A stretch of DNA of 63,880 nucleotides, filler included, from Octopus bimaculoides (Eukaryota): assembly GCF_001194135.2 (NCBI RefSeq). It is 5 parts of 5 records of this genome, joined end to end, with 100 filler letters (N's around TTAATTAATTAA, not from the genome) between each part and the next. Parts side by side here need not be neighbours in the genome. Positions count along the whole stretch, not along the records: positions 1 to 24,693 come from NC_068984.1; 4 more parts are not named here. The stretch is one strand, 5' to 3'. Below are positions 1-12,270 of the stretch, piece after piece. The notes under the pieces were generated by a model, which was given only the letters and a program-made list of their open reading frames with translations, was not told the origin of the DNA and did not search any database. The position numbers were made by a program, and so were the translations under genes. Each line of letters starts with the position of its first letter. Position 1 is the first letter of the stretch.

Positions 1-305
1 TGCAAGGAGTGGCCGGCAGAGCGGAAGTGGCGTGACACCGGGGTGTCATTACCAACGTTGATGTCTCGGAGGTGTTCCGCGAATCGGTCGGCCAGGCGGC
101 GCCCCGTTTGTCCGATGTACCGAGAATGGCAGAGAGAGCAGGAGAGGCAATAGATGAGGTTGGTAGAAGTGCAGGTGAAGGAGTCGGTGATGTGATAGGG
201 TCGGTGATGGGTGCTGGTGAGGAGGGTGGTGTTGGAGAGGTAAGGGCAAGTGCGGCAGCATGGGCGGGAGCAGGGGAACGAGCCAGGTTGGGAGGTTGGG
301 TTGGA
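1..305 (-). mobile_element. Penelope-like element, GIY-YIG endonuclease fragment (runs off the window start)
   Basis: The minus frame is open from 338 to 1: ...PGSFPCSRPCCRTCPYL...DSFTCTSTNLIYCLSCSLCHSRYIGQTGRRLADRFAEHLRDI...PVSRHFRSAGHSL. LIY/YIG, RxxEH and the upstream Cys cluster are the PLE GIY-YIG signature. No ATG, so absent from the ORF track. Confidence 0.92.
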
Positions 306-403
306 TCTCTGAACCCCACCAAAAGCAGCTGTTGAATTCTATATCATCTTTCTTTCACCCCTTTAATTATCTCTGTCGTTCGTACTCTGTGTAAGTTGGA
401 CTT

Positions 404-786
404 GTGGAGACACAATGGCCCAGTGGTTACGGCAGCGGACTTGCGGTCATAGGACCGCAGTTTCGATTCCCAGACCGGGCGTTGTGAGTGTTTATTGAGA
501 GAAAACACCTAAAGCTCTACGAGGCTCCTGCAGGGGATGGTGGCGAACCCTGATGTACTCTTCCACCACAACTTTCTCTCACTCTTACTTCCTGTTTCTG
601 TTGTACCTGTAATTCAATGGTTTAGCCTTGTCACACTGTGTCACGCTGAATATCCCCGAGAACTACGTTAAGGGTACACGTGTCTGTGGAGTGCTCAGCC
701 ACTTGCACGTTAATTTCACAAGCAGGTGTTCCGTTGATTGGATCAACTGGAACCCTCGTCGTCGTAAGGGACGGAGTGCCAACAAC
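404..786 (+). mobile_element. tRNA-derived SINE, family A, full length with 11-bp TSD
   Basis: A box TGGCCCAGTGG, B box GTTTCGATTCCC, (CAA)n tail; exact flanking AAGTTGGACTT at 393-403 and 787-797; second copy at 3397-3759 (-). Confidence 0.9.
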
Positions 787-1007
787 AAGTTGGACTTTTA
801 TTAATAAGTCCAATATTTATATATTTATACTTAAAAATTCATCACCTGAATGTCTCCACCCTTTGCTTTGTCACAATTTGCATGTATACATATATTCATA
901 TTTTGTATTTCATACCCAAACTAATTATATTTAATATATTTAATATATTTAGATGTATCTAATTTGTTTATCCGCATAATTGCCTTCTCTCTCTCTCTCT
1001 CTCTCTG

Positions 1008-1056
<49 letters not shown>

Positions 1057-1392
1057 GTGTGTGTGTGTGTGTATATACATATATACATATATAAAACATA
1101 TATATATGTATATATATACATATACATTTATATATATATATACATACATACATGTATGAATGTATGTGTGAATGTATATGTGTATATATATATGTATATA
1201 TGAATTTATGTGTTTATGTGTCTGTGTGTGTGTCTAACGACTGTACACACGTTCTCACACAAATCGATTGTTTGCATGTTTGCACGCGTGTATGTGTGCG
1301 TGAACGCACCTATTGTATAAAAGGGTGTATGCATGTGTGTGTGTCTACCAGTTTTTTTTTGTATGTGTATGTTTGTCTATCTGTGTTTTGCT

Positions 1393-1440
<48 letters not shown>

Positions 1441-1742
1441 GGCGCACATTTACATATACATATGAGCATGTATGCCTGCGTCTATACCTGTATCTCTCCT
1501 TTGTGTACTTGTGTGGTATCACATCTACATATGCATATGGATGCGTACGTAAGTATGCGTGTCTGTGCCTATGTGTGCGTGTAAGCGCAAATCTACATGT
1601 GTAGGAGCATGTGTGCATATACAAACAAATATCCTGCATCATGCATAGAAGATAATGGAATGTATTTTCCATAGAGTTAGTGTGTGAATTCTCCTTTCAG
1701 TGCCGGGTCATTGAGTAGAAAATCTCACAGTAAGTCAGAGGC

Positions 1743-1764
1743 AGTAGTGGTAGTAGTAGTAGTG

Positions 1765-1820
<56 letters not shown>

Positions 1821-2760
1821 CGTGGTGGTGGTGGTGNNNNNNNNNNNNNNNNNNNNNNNNNNNNNNNNNNNNNNNNNNNNNNNNNNNNNNNNNNNNNNNN
1901 NNNNNNNNNNNNNNNNNNNNNNNNNNNNNNNNNNNNNNNNNNNNNNNNNNNNNNNNNNNNNNNNNNNNNNNNNNNNNNNNNNNNNNNNNNNNNNNNNNNN
2001 NNNNNNNNNNNNNNNNNNNNNNNNNNNNNNNNNNNNNNNNNNNNNNNNNNNNNNNNNNNNNNNNNNNNNNNNNNNNNNNNNNNNNNNNNNNNNNNNNNNN
2101 NNNNNNNNNNNNNNNNNNNNNNNNNNNNNNNNNNNNNNNNNNNNNNNNNNNNNNNNNNNNNNNNNNNNNNNNNNNNNNNNNNNNNNNNNNNNNNNNNNNN
2201 NNNNNNNNNNNNNNNNNNNNNNNNNNNNNNNNNNNNNNNNNNNNNNNNNNNNNNNNNNNNNNNNNNNNNNNNNNNNNNNNNNNNGTGGTGGTGGTGGTGG
2301 TGGTGGTGGTGGTGGTGGTAGTAGTTGCGTCGTAGGGTAGAAGTAACTAGTGGTGTTGTAGTTGAGTGGTAGTTAGTGAAAGAAGCCGTGGCTCCAGTAT
2401 CACTGGTAATGTTGTCATTGTTACTACAGTGATGTAGGGGAGCCGCTCGTAGTCGTGGTGAGGGTGATGGTTGTGGTAGTGGTGGTGACGGTGATCGTGG
2501 TGATGGTAGTGGTTGTGGTTGTGATGGTGGTTGTAGTGGTGTTGCTGCTGTAGTTGATGATGATGGTGGTGATGGTATTATTGGTGTTGATGGCGCCAGT
2601 ATAATTAGCCGTTGTATTGTTGATGCTAGTGCCAGTATAGTAGAGATGTTATATGTAGTGGTGTTTGAGGTAGTAGGCGAGAAATATAAATTCGGATGCT
2701 AGTGGTAGCGATGGTGATGATGATTATATTGGTAGCGATGTGGCGGAATGAGAGATTAGG
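1743..2760. repeat. (GTA)n/(GTG)n microsatellite grading into degenerate GTG/GAT low-complexity sequence, interrupted by a gap
   Basis: Direct reading; source of the spurious poly-Val and poly-Gly ORF. Confidence 0.9.
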
Positions 2761-3146
2761 GATTCTTACAATGGAGCGATCTCTTTGCTGTGAATGATGT
2801 ACTGGTCTGATCAACTAGCTGGGAAGTTCTTGTGGTTACCATAACGACTATTTCGACCCCATTGCGTGGCGTCTTGCTCAACCAAAACGTTGTGAAAATG
2901 GTTTGATGGAAACGGTATGGGATCAGCCTGAAGGATGGTCAATACATGCATCTAAAATAACCAGCTTGTCACGCTGTGTCATGTTTATGCTGTGTGATAT
3001 TTTCGTTTGTTCAAAACACGATGCGTCATGTCGCTGGTATTATACGGAGGCGGCCGTTTACGAATCGTTGGGAATAATGATAATTATTTTGCGCGTTTCT
3101 TGCGACGAATGCACGGTGCCAAGTGGGCCACTTTTGGTAAGCAGAA

Positions 3147-3211
3147 CTGATGACCTTGGTGAGAGAGACAAAAACCTGGCAAACTTATATCTTCTTTTCC
3201 AGTGAAATTCT
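3147..3211. repeat. 65-bp sequence duplicated exactly at 5396-5460
   Basis: CTGATGACCTTGGTGAGAGAGACAAAAACCTGGCAAACTTATATCTTCTTTTCCAGTGAAATTCT is present at both sites. Confidence 0.9.
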
Positions 3212-3396
3212 TCACTGATATTGAAAAGGTGAAAACAAGCAATGTTAATTCTCTAAATGAAGTATTAACAGTAACTGCACGATAAAGTGTAGTATATTGC
3301 CACTTNNNNNNNNNNNNNNNNNNNNNNNNNNNNNNNNNNNNNNNNNNNNNNNNNNNNNNNNNNNNNNNTAAGTGTGGCTGACCCCTAGGGGTGGAT

Positions 3397-3759
3397 GTTA
3401 CGTCGAGGGTTCTAGTTGATCCGATCAATGGAACAGCCTGCTCGTGAAATTAACATGCAAGTGGCTGAGCACTCTACAGACACGTGTACCCTTAACATAG
3501 TTCTCGGAGATATTCAGCGTGACACAGTGTGACAAGGCTGACCCTTTGAATTACAGGCACAACAGAAACAGGAAGTAAGAGTGAGAGAAAGTTGTGGTGA
3601 AAGAGTACAGCAGGGTTCGCCACCATCCCCTGCCGGAGCCTCGTGGAGCTTTAGGTGTTTTCGCTCAATAAACACTCACAGCGCCCGGTCTGGGAATCGA
3701 AACGGCGATCCTATGACCGCGAGATCGCTGCCCTAACCACTGGGCCATTGCGCCTCCAC
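3397..3759 (-). mobile_element. tRNA-derived SINE, family A (tail clipped)
   Basis: The reverse complement aligns end to end with 404-786, including the A and B boxes. Confidence 0.9.
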
Positions 3760-4619
3760 GGACAAACACAATAAACACATACATACATACATACGCAAGG
3801 GAAGCAACCACTGTTAATGAAGATTAAGTGATATCGAATAATTAGAATGTTACTCATTCATACGTTCATAATACAGGATACACTTTATCTATTATGAAAC
3901 AAATAAGCTATTTTAGTCCATTGATAAGTAGAAATTCTTTGATAAGTAAATGGTATATGTAAGAACTCACCATTGCGATTCTTTTTTTCAAAATTGCAAA
4001 AGGTGTAATTAGAGACAGACGCCTTACATTCAAAAGCCAATAGTGTTAAGAAATACATATTCCATAATGAATTAATCCATTTTCTAAAATTCGTAATGTT
4101 ATTATCCTTTAAATTCCAGATATATTTAGATAATAAAGTAGTGCAGCATCTTTTTAAGTCTCTGAACGTATATATAAGAGTATGATTTTCTTAAAGGAAA
4201 TTTCACTAAGCCAAATATATCTATTTGTATTATTTATCTACAATGGATATCTTTGTGATTAGCTAAGAAAGGCACATATCTTTGAGAGAATACATATTAC
4301 GATTACTAAAATTACAAATAGGAGAGTTTTGTGCATTCCGTACTGGAAATATTTCATCAGTTTATACTGGTTATGAAGGCAAAGAAGTTTTTGTTGAAGA
4401 TGTAACTCATCTTAATATTGTCTTTATTAAAGAGGACACTTCTCTCCAATCAGAAAATAGCTACCCATCTGTAGTCAAGAGATTCAGCAAGATATACAAG
4501 GAGTGCCGTTTTAAATTGATGGGAGCTCGGTATAGCAGAGTTATCACGTGATTACGTGATCGACCAGGATATCAGATGTTATACATCGCTGCCTGTTGGG
4601 ATGGTGCTACCTGTTGGGA

Positions 4620-4764
4620 AGGCTACTCTATCGCAGGGTTACTCATTTAAAGCTGAATGAAAAGAAGCAATGAAGTGTTTTACTAAAAAACACAGCGCCC
4701 CGCTTGGTCCGGAAAACGAACCCACGATCGCTACATTGTGAGTGCAACATCCTAGCCACTAGGA
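4620..4764 (-). mobile_element. tRNA-derived SINE, family D (degraded)
   Basis: RC reads AGTGGCTAGGATGTTGCACTCACAATG...GGGTTCGTTTTCC...AAAACACTTCATT...CATTCAGCT..AAATGAGTAACCCTGCGAT; same layout as 9268-9510. Confidence 0.65.
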
Positions 4765-5455
4765 TATATATATNNNNNNNNNNNNNNNNNNNNNNNNNNN
4801 NNNNNNNNNNNNNNNNNNNNNNNNNNNNNNNNNNNNNNNNNNNNNNNNNNNNNNNNNNNNNNNNNNNNNNNNNNNNNNNNNNNNNNNNNNNNNNNNNNNN
4901 NNNNNNNNNNNNNNNNNNNNNNNNNNNNNNNNNNNNNNNNNNNNNNNNNNNNNNNNNNNNNNNNNNNNNNNNNNNNNNNNNNNNNNNNNNNNNNNNNNNN
5001 NNNNNNNNNNNNNNNNNNNNNNNNNNNNNNNNNNNNNNNNNNNNNNNNNNNNNNNNNNNNNNNNNNNNNNNNNNNNNNNNNNNNNNNNNNNNNNNNNNNN
5101 NNNNNNNNNNNNNNNNNNNNNNNNNNNNNNNNNNNNNNNNNNNNNNNNNNNNNNNNNNNNNNNNNNNNNNNNNNNNNNNNNNNNNNNNNNNNNNNNNNNN
5201 NNNNNNNNNNNNNNNNNNNNNNNNNNNNNNNNNNNNNNNNNNNNNNNNNNNNNNNNNNNNNNNNNNNNNNNNNNNNNNNNNNNNNNNNNNNNNNNNNNNN
5301 NNNNNNNNNNNNNNNNNNNNNNNNNNNNNNNNNNNNNNNNNNNNNNNNNNNNNNNNNNNNNNNNNNNNNNNNNNNNNNNCGTCGGCGTCCGACAGCTGAT
5401 GACCTTGGTGAGAGAGACAAAAACCTGGCAAACTTATATCTTCTTTTCCAGTGAA

Positions 5456-5493
<38 letters not shown>

Positions 5494-5494
<1 letters not shown>

Positions 5495-5791
5495 AGTGCA
5501 CATTTAAGCACATAAGAGGTATCGGTCATAGGATTCCTGGCACGCCAAAATCCAAATCCTCGTATTTATATATTTAATCTAGGCGTACCTGTTGATGAAG
5601 ACTTCGCCTAGTAAATTATTTTATTTGCTAAAAAAAAGTCAGAAACCAAGTTCCAGGAGATAGATGGTAAATGTTTTTAGTTTTCATTCCCTTCGAAGTT
5701 TATCCCTAATAGTGGTTTGGATTTTGGCTGTTCTTTCTAGTGTGCCAGGAATCCTACGACGGATACCCCTTATGTGTTTAAATGTACACTG
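5494..5791. mobile_element. Tc1/mariner-type MITE, about 298 bp
   Basis: Terminal inverted repeats of about 50 bp, CAGTG(C/T)ACATTTAA(G/A)CACATAAG(A/G)GGTATC(G/C)GTC(A/G)TAGGATTCCTGGCAC; right end followed by TA, left end abuts (TA)n; no internal ORF. Confidence 0.85.
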
Positions 5792-6709
5792 TATTTACAT
5801 GAATAATATATAGTTTATTGACTAATTTTTCTACACGCTAGGCCACTGGTAGTAAAAATTTCAAAAACTTTATTACCCTGATATTATTAATATTATGTAT
5901 ATATATATATATATATATNNNNNNNNNNNNNNNNNNNNNNNNNNNNNNNNNNNNNNNNNNNNNNNNNNNNNNNNNNNNNNNNNNNNNNNNNNNNNNNNNN
6001 NNNNNNNNNNNNNNNNNNNNNNNNNNNNNNNNNNNNNNNNNNNNNNNNNNNNNNNNNNNNNNNNNNNNNNNNNNNNNNNNNNNNNNNNNNNNNNNNNNNN
6101 NNNNNNNNNNNNNNNNNNNNNNNNNNNNNNNNNNNNNNNNNNNNNNNNNNNNNNNNNNNNNNNNNNNNNNNNNNNNNNNNNNNNNNNNNNNNNNNNNNNN
6201 NNNNNNNNNNNNNNNNNNNNNNNNNNNNNNNNNNNNNNNNNNNNNNNNNNNNNNNNNNNNNNNNNNNNNNNNNNNNNNNNNNNNNNNNNNNNNNNNNNNN
6301 NNNNNNNNNNNNNNNNNNNNNNNNNNNNNNNNNNNNNNNNNNNNNNNNNNNNNNNNNNNNNNNNNNNNNNNNNNNNNNNNNNNNNNNNNNNNNNNATATA
6401 TATATATATACATATATATATGTTTTAATGCCTTATTAATTAACACACTGGTTCAATTTCCCATTCATTTATTTTTTAATTTCTAAAAGTTTCGTTGCTT
6501 CTTGCAACTTCTTTAATATATATAAAATGCATACATATACGTATACATATAAAATGTATACATATGCGTGTGTTTATGTATGCATAAACCTATTTACAAG
6601 AAAATACCAAAGATGTGTCTGTGTGTGTGTGTGTGTGTGTGTGGAACGACATTATATCTTTTTATTTTTAGGCTACAATTTTTTTTCAAATATATTTATA
6701 ATATTAGTT

Positions 6710-6860
6710 TCAAACTTTTGGTACGAAGCTAGCAATTTCAGGGGAGGGGTTAAGTCGATTACATCGATGATAGTGATCAACAGGTACATATTTTATCGAC
6801 TCTGATTGGATGCAAGACAAACTACACCCCGGTGACATTTGAATTTATAACGTAATGTCG
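6710..6860 (-). mobile_element. SINE family B, degraded 3' part
   Basis: Inverse of the family B tail: TTTCAAACTTTTGGTAC...GCAATTTCAGGGGAGGGGTTAAGTCGATTACATCGA. Confidence 0.6.
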
Positions 6861-6952
6861 GAATAAACATCGCAAAACATTTTCTCCGGCGCGGTCACGA
6901 TTCTGCGAGCTCGTCCACTTAGTAGTAAGGTTATATCAAAAGTATATTTTTA

Positions 6953-7160
6953 AGGCAGCGAGCTGGCAGAATCGTTAGCACACTGTGCAAAATGCTTAAT
7001 GGCATTCCATCTTTACCTTCTGGATTCAAATTCCGCTGAGCTCGACTTTGCCTTTCATCCTCTCGTAACCTATAAAGTAAGTGCCAGTTAAGGGCTGGGT
7101 CGATTTAATCGATATACCCCATTGCCACGAAACTAGTGGGGTTGTGCCAAAATTTGAAAC
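6953..7160 (+). mobile_element. SINE family B (AGGCGGCGAGCTGGCAGAATCGTTAGCAC head)
   Basis: A-box-like TGGCAGAATCGTT, B-box-like GGATTCAAATTCC, then GTCGACTTTGCCTTTCATCC core and GTGCCAAAATTTGAAA tail; many copies in the window. Confidence 0.8.
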
Positions 7161-9267
7161 CAATATTAAACGAATTTATTTGGAAACAAATTTGTAGCAG
7201 AAGAATAATTTTAAAATATGTCGTTTCAAATAGACACACATATATTTGTGCGTGTGTGTGTGTGCATGTATGTATGTATGCATGCATGCATATCAATAAG
7301 GTGGTGATAGTGTTAAACAGTTTACTAGTGAATAAGAGCGAACATAGTTGTTGGTAGAGACACAACATAGAGAGAAATGAAACAGTTTGTGTGCGATCAG
7401 GAATTGCACATCGCGATCAGGAATTGCACATTGGTGAGAAATTCTCCGTGTATTACCATATTCTCTTTACTATAAACACATTTACCACACCATTTATATC
7501 CTCACATGTTGTACTTAGAACATTTGGTCCTAATTTTCAAAAGATGGTAAAGAATTCTTAGGAGTGGTAAACTCTAAACTCACTTCGTATTATCTCATAT
7601 ACTCGTTCGTTTTCCAAATGTTAATTTCTAAATTAGAAAACCTGAAAGTGAAGTTAATAAAATCATGGCAATGCCGTCGATTTTGGATAGGATTTAGGCA
7701 CAGTGCATGTAAGACTACTTTATCCAATTTTCTCTTGTTTTTAAGATAGAGAGAGAGTGATGTGAATGAGATTTATCTGGTATTTCTAAAAGATCGAGTA
7801 ATACGCAACGGTTTCCTCGTCCACTCGTTCTCATGAAATCGTGCTGTTAGTTAATACAGTTGTCGTGAGAAAAAACAACGAACGCTCTTTAAAACCTGAC
7901 AGCGAAACAATATTCACACGTCCATTATTGTAATTGGAATGTAGGTTTCATACATACGATGACAAAACTGGATTTACTGCTTCTGTAATTTCATTCAACT
8001 TGGAATAGTCTTTAATTTCAAGTTTTTGGAGTAGGTAAAACATGTTATCGTTGAGTGCCTGGGCTCAACTCATTTGACAAACTCCGATCGATTACAAGTG
8101 GCCAGGGATTCTACCGAAGCGAGAACTACTCCACAGGCTCTCTACTGTATGCTACTCGAACCGACGAAGGAAAGCTTTGTGTTTCATCTTTTTGGAAATA
8201 GCAAGAAAATGTCTTTCAGTTATATCTTAAGATAGAATAGATTGGATGTCGCAGGCCTATCTGAATAAAATAGAACTGGTGAAATTCCTTTTTCCATGTT
8301 TCCAATTTGAATATTTAACAGATGCTCCCTATACATACATTTATTCCATTAAGGTTAAAAACCTAAACATCAATAACAGTAACTATAAGTCGGTTAAGGT
8401 GAAAGTAGTTCTGGGTGGACCTGCCTGCTTATGCACGTGTTTGTGCATATAATAAAGTTTTATCGAGGACAAACACTGCACAACGTCTCAAAAGCTTTGG
8501 TAAAAATCTTTGATGGAGTAATAGTACTAAAGTACATTTATCTACGCCCTCTGTTCACGTCCTTCTTTATCAATTCCAAAATACATTCACTCAAACAACT
8601 GGCAAAAATTTCAGTTTTCTGACAGTTGCAAGAGACAACGATCAAGACAAACGTTGACAAGACAAAAGTCGTATGGTAAACCAGCAAATCGAAGATCTCT
8701 GTGTTTTACCATATTACGCAATTTCTCAGTTCTGCTTGTACCTCGAATTTGAGGCAAGTTTCACATAGCGCATTTGTTGCCGGAAGCTAGAGCGGACCTA
8801 AATATAATAAGCTCGAAATTTCAGGACAATGAACGGACAGTCAATGTCTTACTACACATGAGAGTACGGCAATACGCGAAGAATTTCTTATCAATGTACA
8901 ATTCCTGCTCACGTGCAGACTAACTGTTTCCTCTTTCTGCATACGCTATCGTTATCTATAAAAAGTCTCTACTCCTCTAGACGAATAAACTACTTATTAC
9001 AATGTGGCTTACATAGTGATGCTGGGTACGCAGATTCTCTCACAGTATCTCAGGTACCCTAAACAGTTTCACAAATTATAGCAAGTTTGCAGTTGAAATC
9101 TAGTGGATTTTCTACGTAAACCATTAAACACACCTTCCTATATTTCTCCTCTTTCTATAAACAACTTGACGAAAAGCCTTTGGTAAAAATCACAATACGC
9201 CTGTTCACTGCATTATCCTGTACGTGATACCCTGTTGAAACATACGAATCAAGCATTTTCATATCTG

Positions 9268-9510
9268 TTGGAGACAAGTGGCTTAGTGTTTAGGGTGTTG
9301 GACTCAAAATTGTAAGATTGTGGTTTCGATTCCTGAACTGGATGATGCGTTATGTTCTATAGCAAAACACTTCATTTCATGTTGCTTCAATCCACTCAGC
9401 TGGCAAATGTGAGTAGTCCTGTGACGGACCGCCGTCCAGCCCAGATAGGGAATTTATACGCCATAATGCCAGGAAATCGACCGTTACGAGTCGACTTGAC
9501 TGAGAAGGTA
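9268..9510 (+). mobile_element. tRNA-derived SINE, family D, with Meta-domain-like and V-domain-like segments
   Basis: A box TGGCTTAGTGT, B box GGTTTCGATTCC, then AGCAAAACACTTCATTTCATGTTGCTTCAATCCACTCAGCTGGCAAAT and CCTGTGACGGACCGCCGTCCAGCCCAG. Domain names are from recalled consensus, not aligned. Confidence 0.7.
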
Positions 9511-10075
9511 ATTTTTGTACATCTGTGAGAAAGTATTTTAGCTTCAGCTCCTGCTACACAAATTTTATGTTTAACCTCAATGAAGCAACCCATTAACAGT
9601 GTTACTGTCACCCACATCTAAATTCCCCTGTTATGTTTCTTTTAAGATTTAAGCAGTTTTGTTCTTTATAATAGCACACTCGTTAAATTCTTTCTTGTTA
9701 AATCTGAAAATCTTGCTTGGTAAACGTTCCGGGTCGGAAATAGTATGTCATGCTTTCAGTAATCGGAGCCTTTCCCGGATAATTATTGCGACGGATTTAA
9801 ATGGTTTCATTTTAAACATGTTAGAATGAAAACATGACTGTGCACTAGTTTCAAAATTACAGAGAGACATGTTTCCAATTTGAATATTTAACAGTTACTC
9901 CCTCTACATATGTTCAATACGTACATACGTAAATACACACACAACACGTACACACACAAACACACACACACATACACGCAAACAGACACACACATACACG
10001 CAAACACACACACATATACACATATATGTATATGCATGTATGAGTGCGCATATCTGTATACCTTTCCTCTCTCTC

Positions 10076-10125
<50 letters not shown>

Positions 10126-10433
10126 NNNNNNNNNNNNNNNNNNNNNNNNNNNNNNNNNNNNNNNNNNNNNNNNNNNNNNNNNNNNNNNNNNNNNNNNNNN
10201 NNNNNNNNNNNNNNNNNNNNNNNNNNNNNNNNNNNNNNNNNNNNNNNNNNNNNNNNNNNNNNNNNNNNNNNNNNNNNNNNNNNNNNNNNNNNNNNNNNNN
10301 NNNNNNNNNNNNNNNNNNNNNNNNNNNNNNNNNNNNNNNNNNNNNNNNNNNNNNNNNNNNNNNNNNNNNNNNNNNNNNNNNNNNNNNNNNNNNNNNNNNN
10401 NNNNNNNNNNNNNNNNNNNNNNNNNNNNNNNNN

Positions 10434-10468
<35 letters not shown>

Positions 10469-10564
10469 GCATATATATATATATATATATACATATATAC
10501 ATATATACATATATCATGTATATATATATATATATATATGTGTGTGTTTGTGTGTATACATATA

Positions 10565-10955
10565 GACATGGCTGTATGGTAAGAAGGTGGCCTACCAACC
10601 ACATGCTTCCGGATTCAGTCCCACTCCGTTGGACCATGAGCAAGTGTCTTCTGCTATAGTGTCGGGCCGACCGAGACTATAGCAGAAGTCTTGTGAGTGG
10701 ATTTGGTAGATGGAAACTGAAAGAAGCTCGTCTTATGTGTGTGTGTGTGTGTGTGCGCGCGGGCTTGTCCCTCCATCTTCGCTTGACAACCGACGTTGGT
10801 GTGTTTACGTCACCGTAACCAGCCGGTTCGGTAAAACATGGTGATAGAGTAAGTACTAGACTTACAAAGTATAAATCCTGAGGTCGATTTGTTCGACAAA
10901 GCACGGTACTCCAGCATGACCGCAGTCAAATGACTGAAACAAGTAAAACAATAAA
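10565..10955 (+). mobile_element. SINE family C, full length with internal (GT)n
   Basis: TGGCTGTATGGTAAG...GGATTCAGTCCC head, GAGCAAGTGTCTTCT, GAAACTGAAAGAAGC, internal microsatellite, tail CCAGCATGACCGCAGTCAAATGACTGAAACAAGTAAAA; matches 45611, 47723 and 52333 copies. Confidence 0.85.
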
Positions 10956-11971
10956 GAAATACATACATACATACATACATATATACATACAAACGCATAA
11001 TATACATATGTATAAGCATATGTATGTGCGCACGCGTCTGTATACACATATATTACATATATATATATATATATATATATATGTGTATATATATATATAT
11101 GTGTGTGTGTGTATATATTCATTTATGTATATTCATGTATATATATANNNNNNNNNNNNNNNNNNNNNNNNNNNNNNNNNNNNNNNNNNNNNNNNNNNNN
11201 NNNNNNNNNNNNNNNNNNNNNNNNNNNNNNNNNNNNNNNNNNNNNNNNNNNNNNNNNNNNNNNNNNNNNNNNNNNNNNNNNNNNNNNNNNNNNNNNNNNN
11301 NNNNNNNNNNNNNNNNNNNNNNNNNNNNNNNNNNNNNNNNNNNNNNNNNNNNNNNNNNNNNNNNNNNNNNNNNNNNNNNNNNNNNNNNNNNNNNNNNNNN
11401 NNNNNNNNNNNNNNNNNNNNNNNNNNNNNNNNNNNNNNNNNNNNNNNNNNNNNNNNNNNNNNNNNNNNNNNNNNNNNNNNNNNNNNNNNNNNNNNNNNNN
11501 NNNNNNNNNNNNNNNNNNNNNNNNNNNNNNNNNNNNNNNNNNNNNNNNNNNNNNNNNNNNNNNNNNNNNNNNNNNNNNNNNNNNNNNNNNNNNNNNNNNN
11601 NNNNNNNNNNNNNNNNNNNNNNNNNNNNNNNNNNNNNNNNNNNNNNNNNNNNNNNNNNNNNNNNNNNNNNNNNNNNNNNNNNNNNNNNNNNNNNNNNNNN
11701 NNNNNNNNNNNNNNNNNNNNNNNNNNNNNNNNNNNNNNNNNNNNNNNNNNNNNNNNNNNNNNNNNNNNNNNNNNNNNNNNNNNNNNNNNNNNNNNNNNNN
11801 NNNNNNNNNNNNNNNNNNNNNNNNNNNNNNNNNNNNNNNNNNNNNNNNNNNNNNNNNNNNNNNNNNNNNNNNNNNNNNNNNNNNNNNNNNNNNNNNNNNN
11901 NNNNNNNNNNNNNNNNNNNNNNNNNNNNNNNNNNNNNNNNNNNNNNNNNNNNNNNNNNNNNNNTATTATTA

Positions 11972-12184
11972 TTCAGTAGTTTTATTTTTATAACGTGCTT
12001 TCACTTCACTACCGAGCGCAGCTCTGTGCGCCTTGGGTATGTGCTGTGGTTTGCTGTGGTGCTCTTATGTTTACTGTATTGAAAGTGTTTTGTGTAGAAT
12101 GTGTGCAGTACCCAGTAGTGCAATTTTCTGTATGTTATATATATTTGTAAGTCCTGGTATTTTTGTTATGTATTTGTCTGAATA

Positions 12185-12195
<11 letters not shown>
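11972..12195 (-). mobile_element. R4/Dong-clade non-LTR retrotransposon, 3' terminal fragment flanked by (AAT)n
   Basis: RC reads KKYSDKYITKIPGLTNIYNIQKIALLGTAHILHKTLSIQ* then a 3' UTR ending ...AAAACTACTGAATAATAAT; near-identical to 12901-13125. Confidence 0.88.
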
Positions 12196-12262
<67 letters not shown>

Positions 12263-12270
12263 GTTATTAT

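Noticed and set aside
404-480. tRNA-like sequences at SINE heads
   Set aside because: A and B boxes are present but there is no acceptor stem or full cloverleaf; each continues into a SINE body.
921-1672. ORFs rich in YI, CV, HT, RE or SL dipeptides here and throughout (e.g. 55-63 kb)
   Set aside because: They are translations of (TA)n, (TG)n, (CA)n and (GA)n microsatellites.
4282-4551. 89-aa ORF MREYILRLLKLQIGEFCAF...
   Set aside because: TTG start, no motif recognised and no splice context.
7393-7431. 20-bp tandem duplication GCGATCAGGAATTGCACAT(C/T); similar 16-bp duplication near 31686
   Set aside because: Only two units with no spacers; ordinary slippage duplications, not CRISPR-like.
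10930-12082. Long ORFs of 200-460 aa containing X runs
   Set aside because: Their length comes from N gaps read through without stops.
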